Source of the DNA: Gemmatimonadales bacterium | GTDB lineage: Bacteria; Gemmatimonadota; Gemmatimonadetes; Gemmatimonadales; GWC2-71-9 | Reading direction: 5' to 3' | NCBI GenBank assembly: GCA_037916975.1 | Contig: JBAIWX010000030.1 | Coordinates: forward strand, 1,330-65,329 | Length of the DNA: 64,000 nucleotides | Shown here: positions 35,180 to 44,110 of the stretch, in pieces | How positions within the stretch are numbered: the first letter of the stretch is position 1 | Layout: each line of letters opens with the position of its first letter | Notes under the pieces: generated by a model | The model's database searches: none | Told to the model about the DNA's origin: nothing | The model's input: only the letters and a program-made list of their open reading frames with translations | Made by a program: the position numbers and the translations under genes

Positions 35180-36942
35180 CGCACCCGCCCCCAGAGCGCC
35201 GGGAGCAGCCGCAGCAGCCCGACGCCGCTCACGAGCCCGACCGCCAGCCAGACGAGGGCGGGGCCCTGCCGTCCGTAGAGCAGGCTGCCCGTGCCGAAGA
35301 GCGCCGCGTAGATGAACGCGCAGCCGAGCACCCAGCCCAGCAGCATCTGCGGGAGGCTGTCGGGCGAGCCCTCGACGCCGGCCGCCGCCCGGATGCGTGC
35401 CCACCCCGGCCCGGCCGGCCGGACCAGGGCGACGAACCGGCGGAGCACCGCCTCGTCGGTCGGACTCGTCAGCAGGGTCACCCCCACCCAGGCGACGGTC
35501 GTCGCGGCGACGGTCACGAGCAGCGCCACGTGCGCCGGGACCTGGTGCCCGAGGCGGCCCGCGACGAGGAACCCCGCCGACACGACGAAGCTGCCCGCCA
35601 TCGCGGCGATCTCGCTCCAGGCGTTCACGCGCCACCAGAACCAGCGCAGCAGGTAGAGCAGCCCGGTGCCTGCCCCCACGGAGAGCAGGAGCTCGAAGGC
35701 CTGCCGCGCCGAGTCGAGGACGAACGTCAGCGCGGCGGCGACCACCATCAGCAGCGCGGTCACGACGCGCCCCACGAACACGTAGTGCCGCTCGTCGGCG
35801 CCCGGCCGGAGGAAGCGGCGGTACATGTCGTGGACCAGGTACGAGGTGCCCCAGTTGAGGTGCGTGGAGATGGTCGAGACGTAGGCGGCGAGCATGCCGG
35901 CCACCATCACGCCCAGCATCCCGTGCGGCAGGAACTTGAGCATGGCCGAGTACGCCATGTCGTGGCCGATGAGGCCGCGGTCCACGTAGGGGAAGGCGCG
36001 GGCGATGTCGTCGAGGGTCGGGAAGACGAGCAGCGACGCCAGCGCGGTGATGATCCACGGCCACGAGCGCAGCGCGTAGTGGCAGGCGTTGAAGAGGAGC
36101 GTGCCCGCGAGCGCGTCGCGCTCGCTCCGCGCCGCGAGCATCCGCTGCGCGATGTAGCTCCCGCCACCCGGTTCCGCGCCGGGGTACCAGACCGACCACC
36201 ACTGCACCGTGAGGGGGATGACGAGCACGGTGAGGGTGAGCCCCCAGTCGCCGAAGTCCGGGACGAGGCTCAGGGTCCGCGGGTCGGTGCGCGCCAGGAG
36301 CCCCGCGAGCCCCCCGACCTCCGGCTGCTGCAGCGCGTAGTACGCCGCCGCGAAGGCGCCGGTCATCGCGATGCCGAACTGGATGAAGTCGGTGACCAGC
36401 ACGCCCCAGAGGCCCGAGGTGGCGGCGAACGCGACGTTGAGCACGGCGCAGACGAGGAGCGTGCGGCCCATCGGCCAGCCGAGCACGACGTTGGCGATCT
36501 TCGCCGCGGCGAGGTTCACCGTGGCCATGATGACGGCGTTGAAGCAGAGCCCGAGGTAGACCGCCCGGAAGCCGCGCACGAGCGTGGCGGCCCGCCCCGA
36601 GTAGCGGAGTTCGTAGAACTCGAGGTCGGTGAGCACCCCGCTCCGGCGCCACATGCGGGCGTAGAAGAAGACCGTCGCCATCCCGGTGAGCAGGAAGCTC
36701 CACCACGCCCAGTTGTTCGCGACGCCCTTCTCGCGCACCAGGTTGGTGACCAGGTTCGGCGTGTCGGTGCTGAAGGTGGTGGCGACCATCGAGATCCCGA
36801 TGAGCCACCAGGGGGCCGCCTGTCCCGAGGTGAAGAACTCCGCCGTGCTCGAGCCCGCCCGCCGCGCCAGCACGACCGCGGGGATGAACGACACGACGAT
36901 CGAGAGCACGACGATGGACCAGTCGAGCGCGTTGGGCTGCAT
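35176..36942 (-). CDS. Sodium:solute symporter family transporter
   Basis: 588 aa with about 13 TM helices. Motifs FFTSGQAAPWWLIG and GGGSYIAQRMLAARSE. Its stop codon shares the CTAG at 35176-35179 with the convergent kinase gene. Confidence 0.88.
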   Translation of the reverse strand: MQPNALDWSIVVLSIVVSFIPAVVLARRAGSSTAEFFTSGQAAPWWLIGISMVATTFSTDTPNLVTNLVREKGVANNWAWWSFLLTGMATVFFYARMWRRSGVLTDLEFYELRYSGRAATLVRGFRAVYLGLCFNAVIMATVNLAAAKIANVVLGWPMGRTLLVCAVLNVAFAATSGLWGVLVTDFIQFGIAMTGAFAAAYYALQQPEVGGLAGLLARTDPRTLSLVPDFGDWGLTLTVLVIPLTVQWWSVWYPGAEPGGGSYIAQRMLAARSERDALAGTLLFNACHYALRSWPWIITALASLLVFPTLDDIARAFPYVDRGLIGHDMAYSAMLKFLPHGMLGVMVAGMLAAYVSTISTHLNWGTSYLVHDMYRRFLRPGADERHYVFVGRVVTALLMVVAAALTFVLDSARQAFELLLSVGAGTGLLYLLRWFWWRVNAWSEIAAMAGSFVVSAGFLVAGRLGHQVPAHVALLVTVAATTVAWVGVTLLTSPTDEAVLRRFVALVRPAGPGWARIRAAAGVEGSPDSLPQMLLGWVLGCAFIYAALFGTGSLLYGRQGPALVWLAVGLVSGVGLLRLLPALWGRVR

Positions 36943-37075
36943 GCGGGGCCGTGGCGGGACGCCGGGACCGGGTGGACGGGTCGGGACCGAGGGACGGGAG
37001 GCGTGGGATGCGAAACGGCGGTGCCCGCTGCGCGGACACCGCCGTCACGTCACCGCCGGCCGGGCCGGGGAAAAG

Positions 37076-37148
37076 AGCGGGCGACGGGGGTCGAACCCGC
37101 GACCTCAAGCTTGGGAAGCTCGCGCTCTGCCAACTGAGCTACGCCCGC
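37076..37148 (-). tRNA. tRNA-Gly (anticodon CCC)
   Basis: Reverse-complement cloverleaf: acceptor GCGGGCG/CGCCCGC, D-arm GCTC..GAGC, anticodon stem CGAGC/GCTTG with loop TTCCCAA, T-arm GCGGG TTCGACC CCCGT, discriminator U. Confidence 0.9.
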
Positions 37149-37182
37149 GTGGAGCGGAAAGTGTCCAGCCGGGGCGGCGCCG

Positions 37183-38130
37183 TCAACCCCTCGCGGCCCC
37201 CGCCCCGACCGTGGCGTCGAGGAAGCTCCGGAGGTCCGGCTCGCTCACCGCCGGTTCGCCGGCCGCCACGTTGTCGAGCCGGCCCTCCCGCATCCAGCGC
37301 TCGAGCTGGCCGACGAGGTCGAAGAGGTGGTCGAACGAGTCCACGATGAACAGCAGCGGCTGGTAGTGGTCGATCTCGAACGCCTGGTTGATCACCCACT
37401 CGAGCTGGAGCGGGTAGCGCTGGACCTCCGGCGCGTCGATGGCGTGCGCGATCTCGCCGTACGACGACAGGAGCCCGCTCCCGTACACCTTGAGCCCTGC
37501 CCCGCCCCGCGCCCGCATGAGGCCGAACTCGACGGTGAACCAGAAGAAGCGCGCCATCGCCTTGAAGATCGAGGTCATCCGCCGGATGCGCTCCCCCGGG
37601 TCCCGGATCCCCTGCACGATCTCGGCGGCCGTGTGGGCGCAGTCGCCGAAGCGCACCAGGGTGTCCGCGAAGGCGCGGTCGGTGTGCATCGGCACGTGGC
37701 CGGCGATGTCGTGGAAGATGTCGGGTTCGGGGAGGTAGTCGAGCGTCGCGGCATCGCGGATGGTGATCGTGGTCGGGAACTCCCGGTTCCGCAGGCAGTC
37801 GAAGAACAGGAACGACGGGACGTACCCGCTCACCGCCTTCGCCCGGAACCCGGTGAGCGGGTCGAGGAAGCGGTTCACGTCCTCGAGGCGCGGCACGCGC
37901 GCGGGATCGAGGCAGAGGCAGTCGATCCCCTCGAGGAACTTCTCGTTGGCGTACTGGCGCCAGCGGTCCACCATCCGTGCGTACAGCCGCCGCCAGGCCT
38001 CGTGGTTGGCCTCGCTGTAGAGCTCGTAGGGCTGGTGGATGTACAGCTCGCCGCTCGCCTGCGCCTGCTCGATGAAGGGGGCGCGGGTCGTGGTCAGCCC
38101 GGAGACCGGGGCCGGGGGAGCGCTCGCCAT
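37183..38130 (-). CDS. phhA: Phenylalanine-4-hydroxylase (aromatic amino-acid hydroxylase)
   Basis: Motifs PEPDIFHDIAGHVPM, FWFTVEFGL and YGSGLLSSYGE (iron-binding 2-His-1-Glu context). Confidence 0.9.
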   Translation of the reverse strand: MASAPPAPVSGLTTTRAPFIEQAQASGELYIHQPYELYSEANHEAWRRLYARMVDRWRQYANEKFLEGIDCLCLDPARVPRLEDVNRFLDPLTGFRAKAVSGYVPSFLFFDCLRNREFPTTITIRDAATLDYLPEPDIFHDIAGHVPMHTDRAFADTLVRFGDCAHTAAEIVQGIRDPGERIRRMTSIFKAMARFFWFTVEFGLMRARGGAGLKVYGSGLLSSYGEIAHAIDAPEVQRYPLQLEWVINQAFEIDHYQPLLFIVDSFDHLFDLVGQLERWMREGRLDNVAAGEPAVSEPDLRSFLDATVGAGAARG

Positions 38131-38197
38131 GGATGCCGCCTCCGTCGTGCGGGACCGCCGGGCGCCGGGGAGCGGGCTGCCCCCCGGCGCCCGCGGG

Positions 38198-39625
38198 TCA
38201 CTTCACCTTGTAGCGGTAGGCGAGGATGCCCTCGCCCTTGCCCTCGACCGTGAACTCCTGCTTCTGGCCGGCGGCGAGGGCCGGCACCGACACTTCCTGG
38301 GTCGCGATCGCGCGACCGGCCTTGTCGGTCAGCTCGAACACGAGCGTCACCGCCCGCGGCGGGAGCGGCTTGCCGGTCTTCAGGTCCAGCGCCTCGACGC
38401 CCGTCGCCGTCGCGACCAGCCGCGCGCTGGTGGCGGCGAGGTTGAGCGCCGTCACCGAGACGCTCGCGGGCAGCGTGAGGATGCGTTCCGAGACCGCGTT
38501 GGCCTTGGGCGAGTCCTTCTGCATCCGGTACCCCTCGCGCAGCAGCATGAGCGCGTCCCGGTTGAGCGGCTCCACCTCGCTGAGCCGCGCCGCCGCGGCG
38601 GCGAGCTTCGGCCCGTCCTTGAGCGCGAGGTACGAGTTCGACAGCGCGCCCAGGGCGGTGACGTTGGTCGGCTCCGCCGCCGCGATCGCCTCGAGCAGCG
38701 GCGCCGCCTCGGCGTAGTTCTTCGCCTTGTACAGGTCGAGCGCCTTCGCGAGGCCCTCGTTCAGCACCGGCCCCGCCGCCGTGGACACGCCGGTCTCGGC
38801 GTCGAGCGCCCGCGCCTTCTCGTCCTGGCTGGTGGCTCGATACGCCTGCGCGAGGGCCTTCTTCGCCTCGATGTCAGACGGGTGCTCGCGGACGTAGCGC
38901 TCGAGCACCGGGACCGCCTCGCCGGTGCGCTTCGCGTTCATCAGGACCACGCCCTGGTTGAACAGCGCGCTCGCGCGGGTGCGGGCCTCGGTGCTGTCCG
39001 GCAGCGACGTGGCCGCCGCCTTCCCGAAGTAGGCCGCGGCGCTGTCGAACTGGCCCTCGCCGGAGAAGAGCACGCCCAGGTTGTAGGGCGCGAACGCCGA
39101 CGCCGGGAAGAACGCCTGGGCCAGGCGGAGCGCGGCGATCGCGCCGGCCACGTCCTTGGCGTCCGCCTGCTTCATCGCGGCATTGGCCAGCGGCGCGAAC
39201 GCCACCCGTCGCAGCTGGGTGATCTCCGCCTCGCAGTCCGGCCCGAACTTCTGCGCCCGGGCCAGCGAGCTGTCGGCGCCGGCCACGTCCCCGCGCGTGA
39301 GCTGGACCCGGCCGAGGAAGTACCACGCCGACGCCGACTTGTCCTGGCCGTTCTGCGTGATCGCCTGCGCCGCGTTGTCCTGGGCCTTGCCGAGGATGGT
39401 GTTCCGCTTCTCCACGTCGCGCGCCTCGATGGCCGACTTGAGGTACGTCGCCGCGCTCGAGACGAGGAAGTGCTTGCCCTTGTCCGCGGAGCACTTCGGC
39501 GGGGCATACTTCCCGCCCGAGTAGGCGATCATCGCGTCCGCCACCGCCTGCACGGGCGCCTGCGCGTGCAGCGTCGCCGCACCGAGCGCGGAGAGGAGGA
39601 GGGTCATCCCGAGTCGGTTGCTCAT
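38198..39625 (-). CDS. Secreted TPR-repeat protein with a C-terminal beta domain
   Basis: Signal peptide MSNRLGMTLLLSALGAATLHAQA. Multiple TPR-like A/L/Y/G repeats. Confidence 0.75.
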   Translation of the reverse strand: MSNRLGMTLLLSALGAATLHAQAPVQAVADAMIAYSGGKYAPPKCSADKGKHFLVSSAATYLKSAIEARDVEKRNTILGKAQDNAAQAITQNGQDKSASAWYFLGRVQLTRGDVAGADSSLARAQKFGPDCEAEITQLRRVAFAPLANAAMKQADAKDVAGAIAALRLAQAFFPASAFAPYNLGVLFSGEGQFDSAAAYFGKAAATSLPDSTEARTRASALFNQGVVLMNAKRTGEAVPVLERYVREHPSDIEAKKALAQAYRATSQDEKARALDAETGVSTAAGPVLNEGLAKALDLYKAKNYAEAAPLLEAIAAAEPTNVTALGALSNSYLALKDGPKLAAAAARLSEVEPLNRDALMLLREGYRMQKDSPKANAVSERILTLPASVSVTALNLAATSARLVATATGVEALDLKTGKPLPPRAVTLVFELTDKAGRAIATQEVSVPALAAGQKQEFTVEGKGEGILAYRYKVK

Positions 39626-39631
39626 CGTGGT

Positions 39632-41023
39632 TCAGGACTCCTGATTGTCGGACCCGGCACCGGCACCCGGAGCGGTGCCAAGTTGCCGAAGGGCCATGTT
39701 TTGCAACTCCCTTGCCACCTCGAACGCGGGCCGGCCCGTCCGGGCCGCGAGCCGCGCGACGTCGTCGAACTCCGGCTTCGCCCGGATGCCGCCGGGGCCT
39801 TCCAAGACCTTGACCCGCACGGAGATGCCATCCCCGACATCAAGCCGGATCTCCCGCCGGGCGAGGGTCCGCCGCTCCGCCCGCCACCACCGGTAACCTG
39901 CCGTGGGGCTCTCCCGGAGCAGGGCGTCCCCCACCCGGTCGGCCTCGGCAGGGGCCGCCGTGACCTCGATCCGGAAGCCCGTCCGCCCCTTCTTCGCCTG
40001 GGTTGCCCAGCACTGCACGTCGAGGGCACCGGCGGCCAACAGCGCCTCGCGGAGCGGCTCGAGGTACTCGGGTGCGAGGTCGTCGAGGTCGCTCGCGAGG
40101 ACCACCACCTCGCCGGCCTCGGGGACGGACTCGGCGAGGATGAGCCGGAGCGCGTTCGGATACTCTCCGGGATCACGCCCGCCGGCGCCCCAGCCCCCGC
40201 CCACGGCGCGCCATCGGTCGGGGGCCGGCCCCTCGGAGAGCACGCGGAGCAGCACCGCCCCCGTCGGCGTGGTGGCCTCCCCGCGGACGGGCCCTCCTTC
40301 GCGCACCGGGATCCCCTCGAGCAGGTACGCCGTTGCCGGCGCGGGCACCGGCAGCACGCCGTGCGCGGCCCTCACCCAGCCGCTGCCGAGCGCCGTCGGT
40401 CGCGCGTGGACCCGCGAGATGCCGAGCCGCTCGAACCCCTCGATGCCGCCGACGATGTCCACCACCGCGTCCGCCGCGCCCACCTCGTGCAGCACGACCT
40501 CGTCGGGCCGCTGCCCGTGCACGCGCCCCTCCGCCTCCGCGAGCAGCGTGAAGGCGCGCACCGCGCGCTCCCGCACCCACGCGCTGAGCGGGGCGCGCTC
40601 GACCAGCGCGATCAGCTCGCCGATGCGCCGGTGGCCGTGCCCGCCGCCGTGTGCGTGCTGGTGCCCCGGCTCGTGCGCATGGGCGTGGCGCTGCCCGTGT
40701 GCGGCGGCCTCGTCGTGGTGGTGCTCCCCGGGACCGTGATGGTGGTGGTGATGGTGGTGCTCCCCGGCCCCCGCCGCCACCGCCTCCGGGACGTCGTGCG
40801 GGTGCTCCATCCGGCCGCCGGGCAGCACCACGTCCGCCTTCACCGCCGACAGGCCGCACCGCGTCACGCGCCGGAGCCGTACCTCGACGTCGGGGAGGCC
40901 CAGGCGGGCCGGCAGGCCGCGCAGCCAGTCCTCGGGGCAGCCGGCGTCCACGAGGGCGCCGAGGAGCATGTCCCCGCTGATGCCGGCGGCGGGGTCGAGG
41001 ATCGCGAAGCGCTGGGGGGCCAT
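39632..41023 (-). CDS. larC: LarC-type nickel insertion protein (DUF111) with a long His-rich tract
   Basis: N-terminus FAILDPAAGISGDMLLGALVDAG. His-rich segment EHHHHHHHHGPGEHHHDEAAAHGQRHAHAHEPGHQHAHGGGHGH. Also VHEVGAADAVVDIVG. Confidence 0.88.
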   Translation of the reverse strand: MAPQRFAILDPAAGISGDMLLGALVDAGCPEDWLRGLPARLGLPDVEVRLRRVTRCGLSAVKADVVLPGGRMEHPHDVPEAVAAGAGEHHHHHHHHGPGEHHHDEAAAHGQRHAHAHEPGHQHAHGGGHGHRRIGELIALVERAPLSAWVRERAVRAFTLLAEAEGRVHGQRPDEVVLHEVGAADAVVDIVGGIEGFERLGISRVHARPTALGSGWVRAAHGVLPVPAPATAYLLEGIPVREGGPVRGEATTPTGAVLLRVLSEGPAPDRWRAVGGGWGAGGRDPGEYPNALRLILAESVPEAGEVVVLASDLDDLAPEYLEPLREALLAAGALDVQCWATQAKKGRTGFRIEVTAAPAEADRVGDALLRESPTAGYRWWRAERRTLARREIRLDVGDGISVRVKVLEGPGGIRAKPEFDDVARLAARTGRPAFEVARELQNMALRQLGTAPGAGAGSDNQES

Positions 41024-41076
41024 GGGGCGGAAATATTGCCCGGGGCGCCGCCCTCGCCAACTCGCCACCGGCTCCC

Positions 41077-42231
41077 TCAGAAGTCCCGGTAGAGCCACCC
41101 CGCCCCGGTGTTGAAGACCACCACCCGCTCCTCGGGGCCGATGGTCCCGCGCTCGCGCAGCTGACGAGCCGCCGCCAGCGCAGCCCCGCCCTCGGGCGAA
41201 AGGTCGATGCCTTCGAGCCGCGTGGCGTCCGCCGCCGCCCGCTCGAGCTCGGCGTCGTCCACCGCGAGGGCGCCGCCGCCGCTCTCCCGCAGCGCCCGGA
41301 GCATCAGCCGGTCGCCGAGGGGGCCCGGGACGCGCAGGCCGCTCGCGACCGTCCAGGGGTCGGGCCAGGGCTCGCAGCGGTCGGCGCCCGCCGCGAAGGC
41401 GCGCACCACCGGGGCGCAGCCGGTGGACTGCACGGTGAACATCCGGGGCAGCGAGCCCGTCACCCAGCCCACCGCCGCGAGTTCCTGGAACGCCTTCCAC
41501 ATGCCGATCAGTCCGGTGCCGCCGCCGGTCGGGTAGATGATCACGTCGGGGAGGGTCCAGCCGAGCTGGAGGGCCAGCTCGAGGCCGAGGGTCTTCTTCC
41601 CCTCGATCCGGTACGGCTCGCGCAGCGTGGAGACGTTGAAGGCCCCGGTCGCGGCACTCCAGGCCGCGGCGGCCTTGCCGCAGTCGCCGATGTGGCCGTC
41701 GAGCACCTCGAGCTCGGCACCGAAGAGCTCGATCTGGCGGAGGATCACGCGCGGGGTGGTCCGCGGGGCGATCACGCGCGCCGACGCCCCCGCCCGAGCG
41801 GCGTAGGCCGCGAGGGCCACGCCCGCGTTCCCCGCCGTCGGGATGACGAAGCGCGTGGCACCGGCCGCGACGGCGCGGGTCACCGCCGCGCTCAGGCCGC
41901 GCGCCTTGAAGGAGCCCGTGGGGTTGCACCCCTCGTCCTTGAGCCAGAGGTCCTGGAGCCCGATCGCGGCGCCGGCCCGCGGGATGGCGAGCAGCGGGGT
42001 GTCGCCCTCCCCGAGCGTGACCGGCGGTTCACCCGGGCGGAGCGGGAGGAACAGCCGGAAGCGCCACATCCCCTGCCCCCGGCGCACCTCCGCGCGGTCC
42101 GTCACGGACGGCATCGGGCGCTGGTAGCGCACGAGCCACGGCTGGCCGCAGGCGTCGCAGGTGGTGGGCAGTCCCTCCGCGGTGCGGGTGGCGCCGCAGC
42201 CGGAGCACTCCAGCGTCCAGTCGAACGTCAT
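41077..42231 (-). CDS. thrC: Threonine synthase (short type with an N-terminal Zn-ribbon)
   Basis: CSGCG...CDACG ribbon and PLP-lysine motif NPTGSFKARG. Confidence 0.88.
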   Translation of the reverse strand: MTFDWTLECSGCGATRTAEGLPTTCDACGQPWLVRYQRPMPSVTDRAEVRRGQGMWRFRLFLPLRPGEPPVTLGEGDTPLLAIPRAGAAIGLQDLWLKDEGCNPTGSFKARGLSAAVTRAVAAGATRFVIPTAGNAGVALAAYAARAGASARVIAPRTTPRVILRQIELFGAELEVLDGHIGDCGKAAAAWSAATGAFNVSTLREPYRIEGKKTLGLELALQLGWTLPDVIIYPTGGGTGLIGMWKAFQELAAVGWVTGSLPRMFTVQSTGCAPVVRAFAAGADRCEPWPDPWTVASGLRVPGPLGDRLMLRALRESGGGALAVDDAELERAAADATRLEGIDLSPEGGAALAAARQLRERGTIGPEERVVVFNTGAGWLYRDF

Positions 42232-42232
42232 G

Positions 42233-44107
42233 TCAGGGGGTGTCCTTGAGGTGGGCGAGGATGCGCTCGGCGAGCCGCGCGGAGATGCCCGGCACCGCCG
42301 AGAGCTCGGGCAGCGTCGCCGAGCGGACGCCGGCCAGGCTCCCGAAGCGCTCGAGCAGCTGCCGCCGCTTGGTCGGCCCGACGCCGGGGATGCTGAGCAG
42401 TTCCGAGGTGATCGTGCGCTGCGCGCGGCGCTTGCGGCTGTAGGCGAGGCCGAAGCGGTGGGCCTCGTCCCGGGCGCGCTGGAGGAGCCGGAGCGACGGG
42501 CTCCGCCGGGGCAGCCGGAGGCTCTCCTCGCGCCCGGGCACGAAGACCTCCTCCTCGCGCTTGGCGAGGGAGATGAACGGGAGCTCCGCGACGCCGAGGG
42601 CGCGGGCGGCGTCGAGTGCCGCGCCGAGCTGGCCCTTCCCGCCGTCGATCACCATCAGGTCGGGCAGCGGCTTCCCCTCGTCGCGCCGGCGGGTGAGGTA
42701 GCGGGTCACGACCTCGTGGATCGCGGCGTAGTCGTCCTGCTGCTCGAGCTCCCGGATCCGGAACTTCCGGTACTCCGCCTTCTTCGGGCGCCCGCCCTCG
42801 AACCAGACGAGCGAGCCCACGATGTCGCGCCCCGCGTTGTGGGAGATGTCGATGCAGACGAGGCTCCGCGGCACCTTCTGGAGGCCGAGGTCGCGGCCGA
42901 GGGCGTAGACGGGGTCGTCCGCGCGCTCCTCCGTCTCGAACGATTCGATGCGCAGGCTCTCGAGGAGGTGCCGCGCGTTCTGCTCGGCGAGGAGGAGCCA
43001 CCGGTGGAGGGTGCCGCGCTGCGGGACGTGCCAGTCCACCGCCGGCGCCAGCTCGGCCAGCAGCTCCGCGTCGGCGGGCGGGAACGGCAGCGCCACGCGG
43101 TGCACCCGACCCTCCGCCGGGAGGTAGTAGCGCACGAGGAAGGCGCCGAGGATCGCGGCGTCCTCCTCCTCCTCGACACCCTCGAGGAAGCGGTGCTCGC
43201 GGCCGATCACCCGCCCCTCGCGCACGCGCAGGAGCGCCGCGACGGCGTCGTCGCCGTCCCGCGCGTAGCCGATGACGTCGGCGTCGCCGCTCCCGACGAT
43301 CTCGACGGCGGCGCTCTCCTCGAGCTTCTCCAGCCAGCGCAGGGCGTCGCGGTGCTCGCGCGCGCGCTCGAAGTCCTCGCGCGCGGCGGCCGCGACCATC
43401 TGCTCGCGCACGCGCTGCCGGATGTCGGACGTGCGGCCCTCGAGGAAGGCGAGCACCTCGGCGATCATCGCGCGGTACTCGGCCTCCGGCTGCCAGCCGA
43501 CGCAGGGCGCCCGGCACCGCCCGATGTGGTAGTCGAGGCAGGGGCGCTCGCGGCGCTCGCGCGGGAGGTCGTCGCTGCAGCTCCGGACGGTATAGATGCG
43601 GCGGATGATGGCGAGCGTCTTCCGGAGCTGGGCCACGTCGGTGAAGGGGCCGAAGTACCGGGCGCCGGCCAGGTCGCGCCGCCGGGTCACGAGGACGCGC
43701 GGGAAGGGCTCGCCGACCGTCACGGCGATGGAGGGGTAGCTCTTGTCGTCCTTGAGGCGGACGTTGAACCGGGGCCGGTACTCCTTGATGAGGTTGTTCT
43801 CGAGGAGCAGCGCCTGCGCCTCGGACGCGGTGACGATCGTCTCCACGTCGGCGATGAGGCGGACGAGCAGGCGGTTCTTCGGGCTCACCGGCGCGTCGGC
43901 CGCGAAGTAGCTCCGCACGCGTGGCCGCAGGCGCCGGGCCTTGCCCACGTAGAGCACCGTGCCCTGGGCATCCTTCCAGAGGTAGACGCCCGGGCCGTCG
44001 GGGAGGGTGTCGAGCTTGCGCTGGAGCAGGTCGCCGTCGGGCGACGCGTGCGGGTCGTGCGGTCCTGCCATGCCGGAAAGGTCGCCGGGCCCGCCCGGCG
44101 GCGCCAC
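42233..44107 (-). CDS. uvrC: Excinuclease ABC subunit C
   Basis: GIY-YIG (PGVYLWKDAQGTVLYVGKA), a UVR domain, and C-terminal HhH (IPGVGPTKRRQLL). The start is GTG at 44107 or ATG at 44071. Confidence 0.93.
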   Translation of the reverse strand: MAPPGGPGDLSGMAGPHDPHASPDGDLLQRKLDTLPDGPGVYLWKDAQGTVLYVGKARRLRPRVRSYFAADAPVSPKNRLLVRLIADVETIVTASEAQALLLENNLIKEYRPRFNVRLKDDKSYPSIAVTVGEPFPRVLVTRRRDLAGARYFGPFTDVAQLRKTLAIIRRIYTVRSCSDDLPRERRERPCLDYHIGRCRAPCVGWQPEAEYRAMIAEVLAFLEGRTSDIRQRVREQMVAAAAREDFERAREHRDALRWLEKLEESAAVEIVGSGDADVIGYARDGDDAVAALLRVREGRVIGREHRFLEGVEEEEDAAILGAFLVRYYLPAEGRVHRVALPFPPADAELLAELAPAVDWHVPQRGTLHRWLLLAEQNARHLLESLRIESFETEERADDPVYALGRDLGLQKVPRSLVCIDISHNAGRDIVGSLVWFEGGRPKKAEYRKFRIRELEQQDDYAAIHEVVTRYLTRRRDEGKPLPDLMVIDGGKGQLGAALDAARALGVAELPFISLAKREEEVFVPGREESLRLPRRSPSLRLLQRARDEAHRFGLAYSRKRRAQRTITSELLSIPGVGPTKRRQLLERFGSLAGVRSATLPELSAVPGISARLAERILAHLKDTP

Positions 44108-44110
44108 CGC

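Noticed and set aside
40631-40762. Repetitive CAC/CAT-rich DNA, considered as a possible repeat array.
   Set aside because: It is the in-frame His-rich tract of larC, which is coding low complexity and not a CRISPR or tandem DNA repeat.
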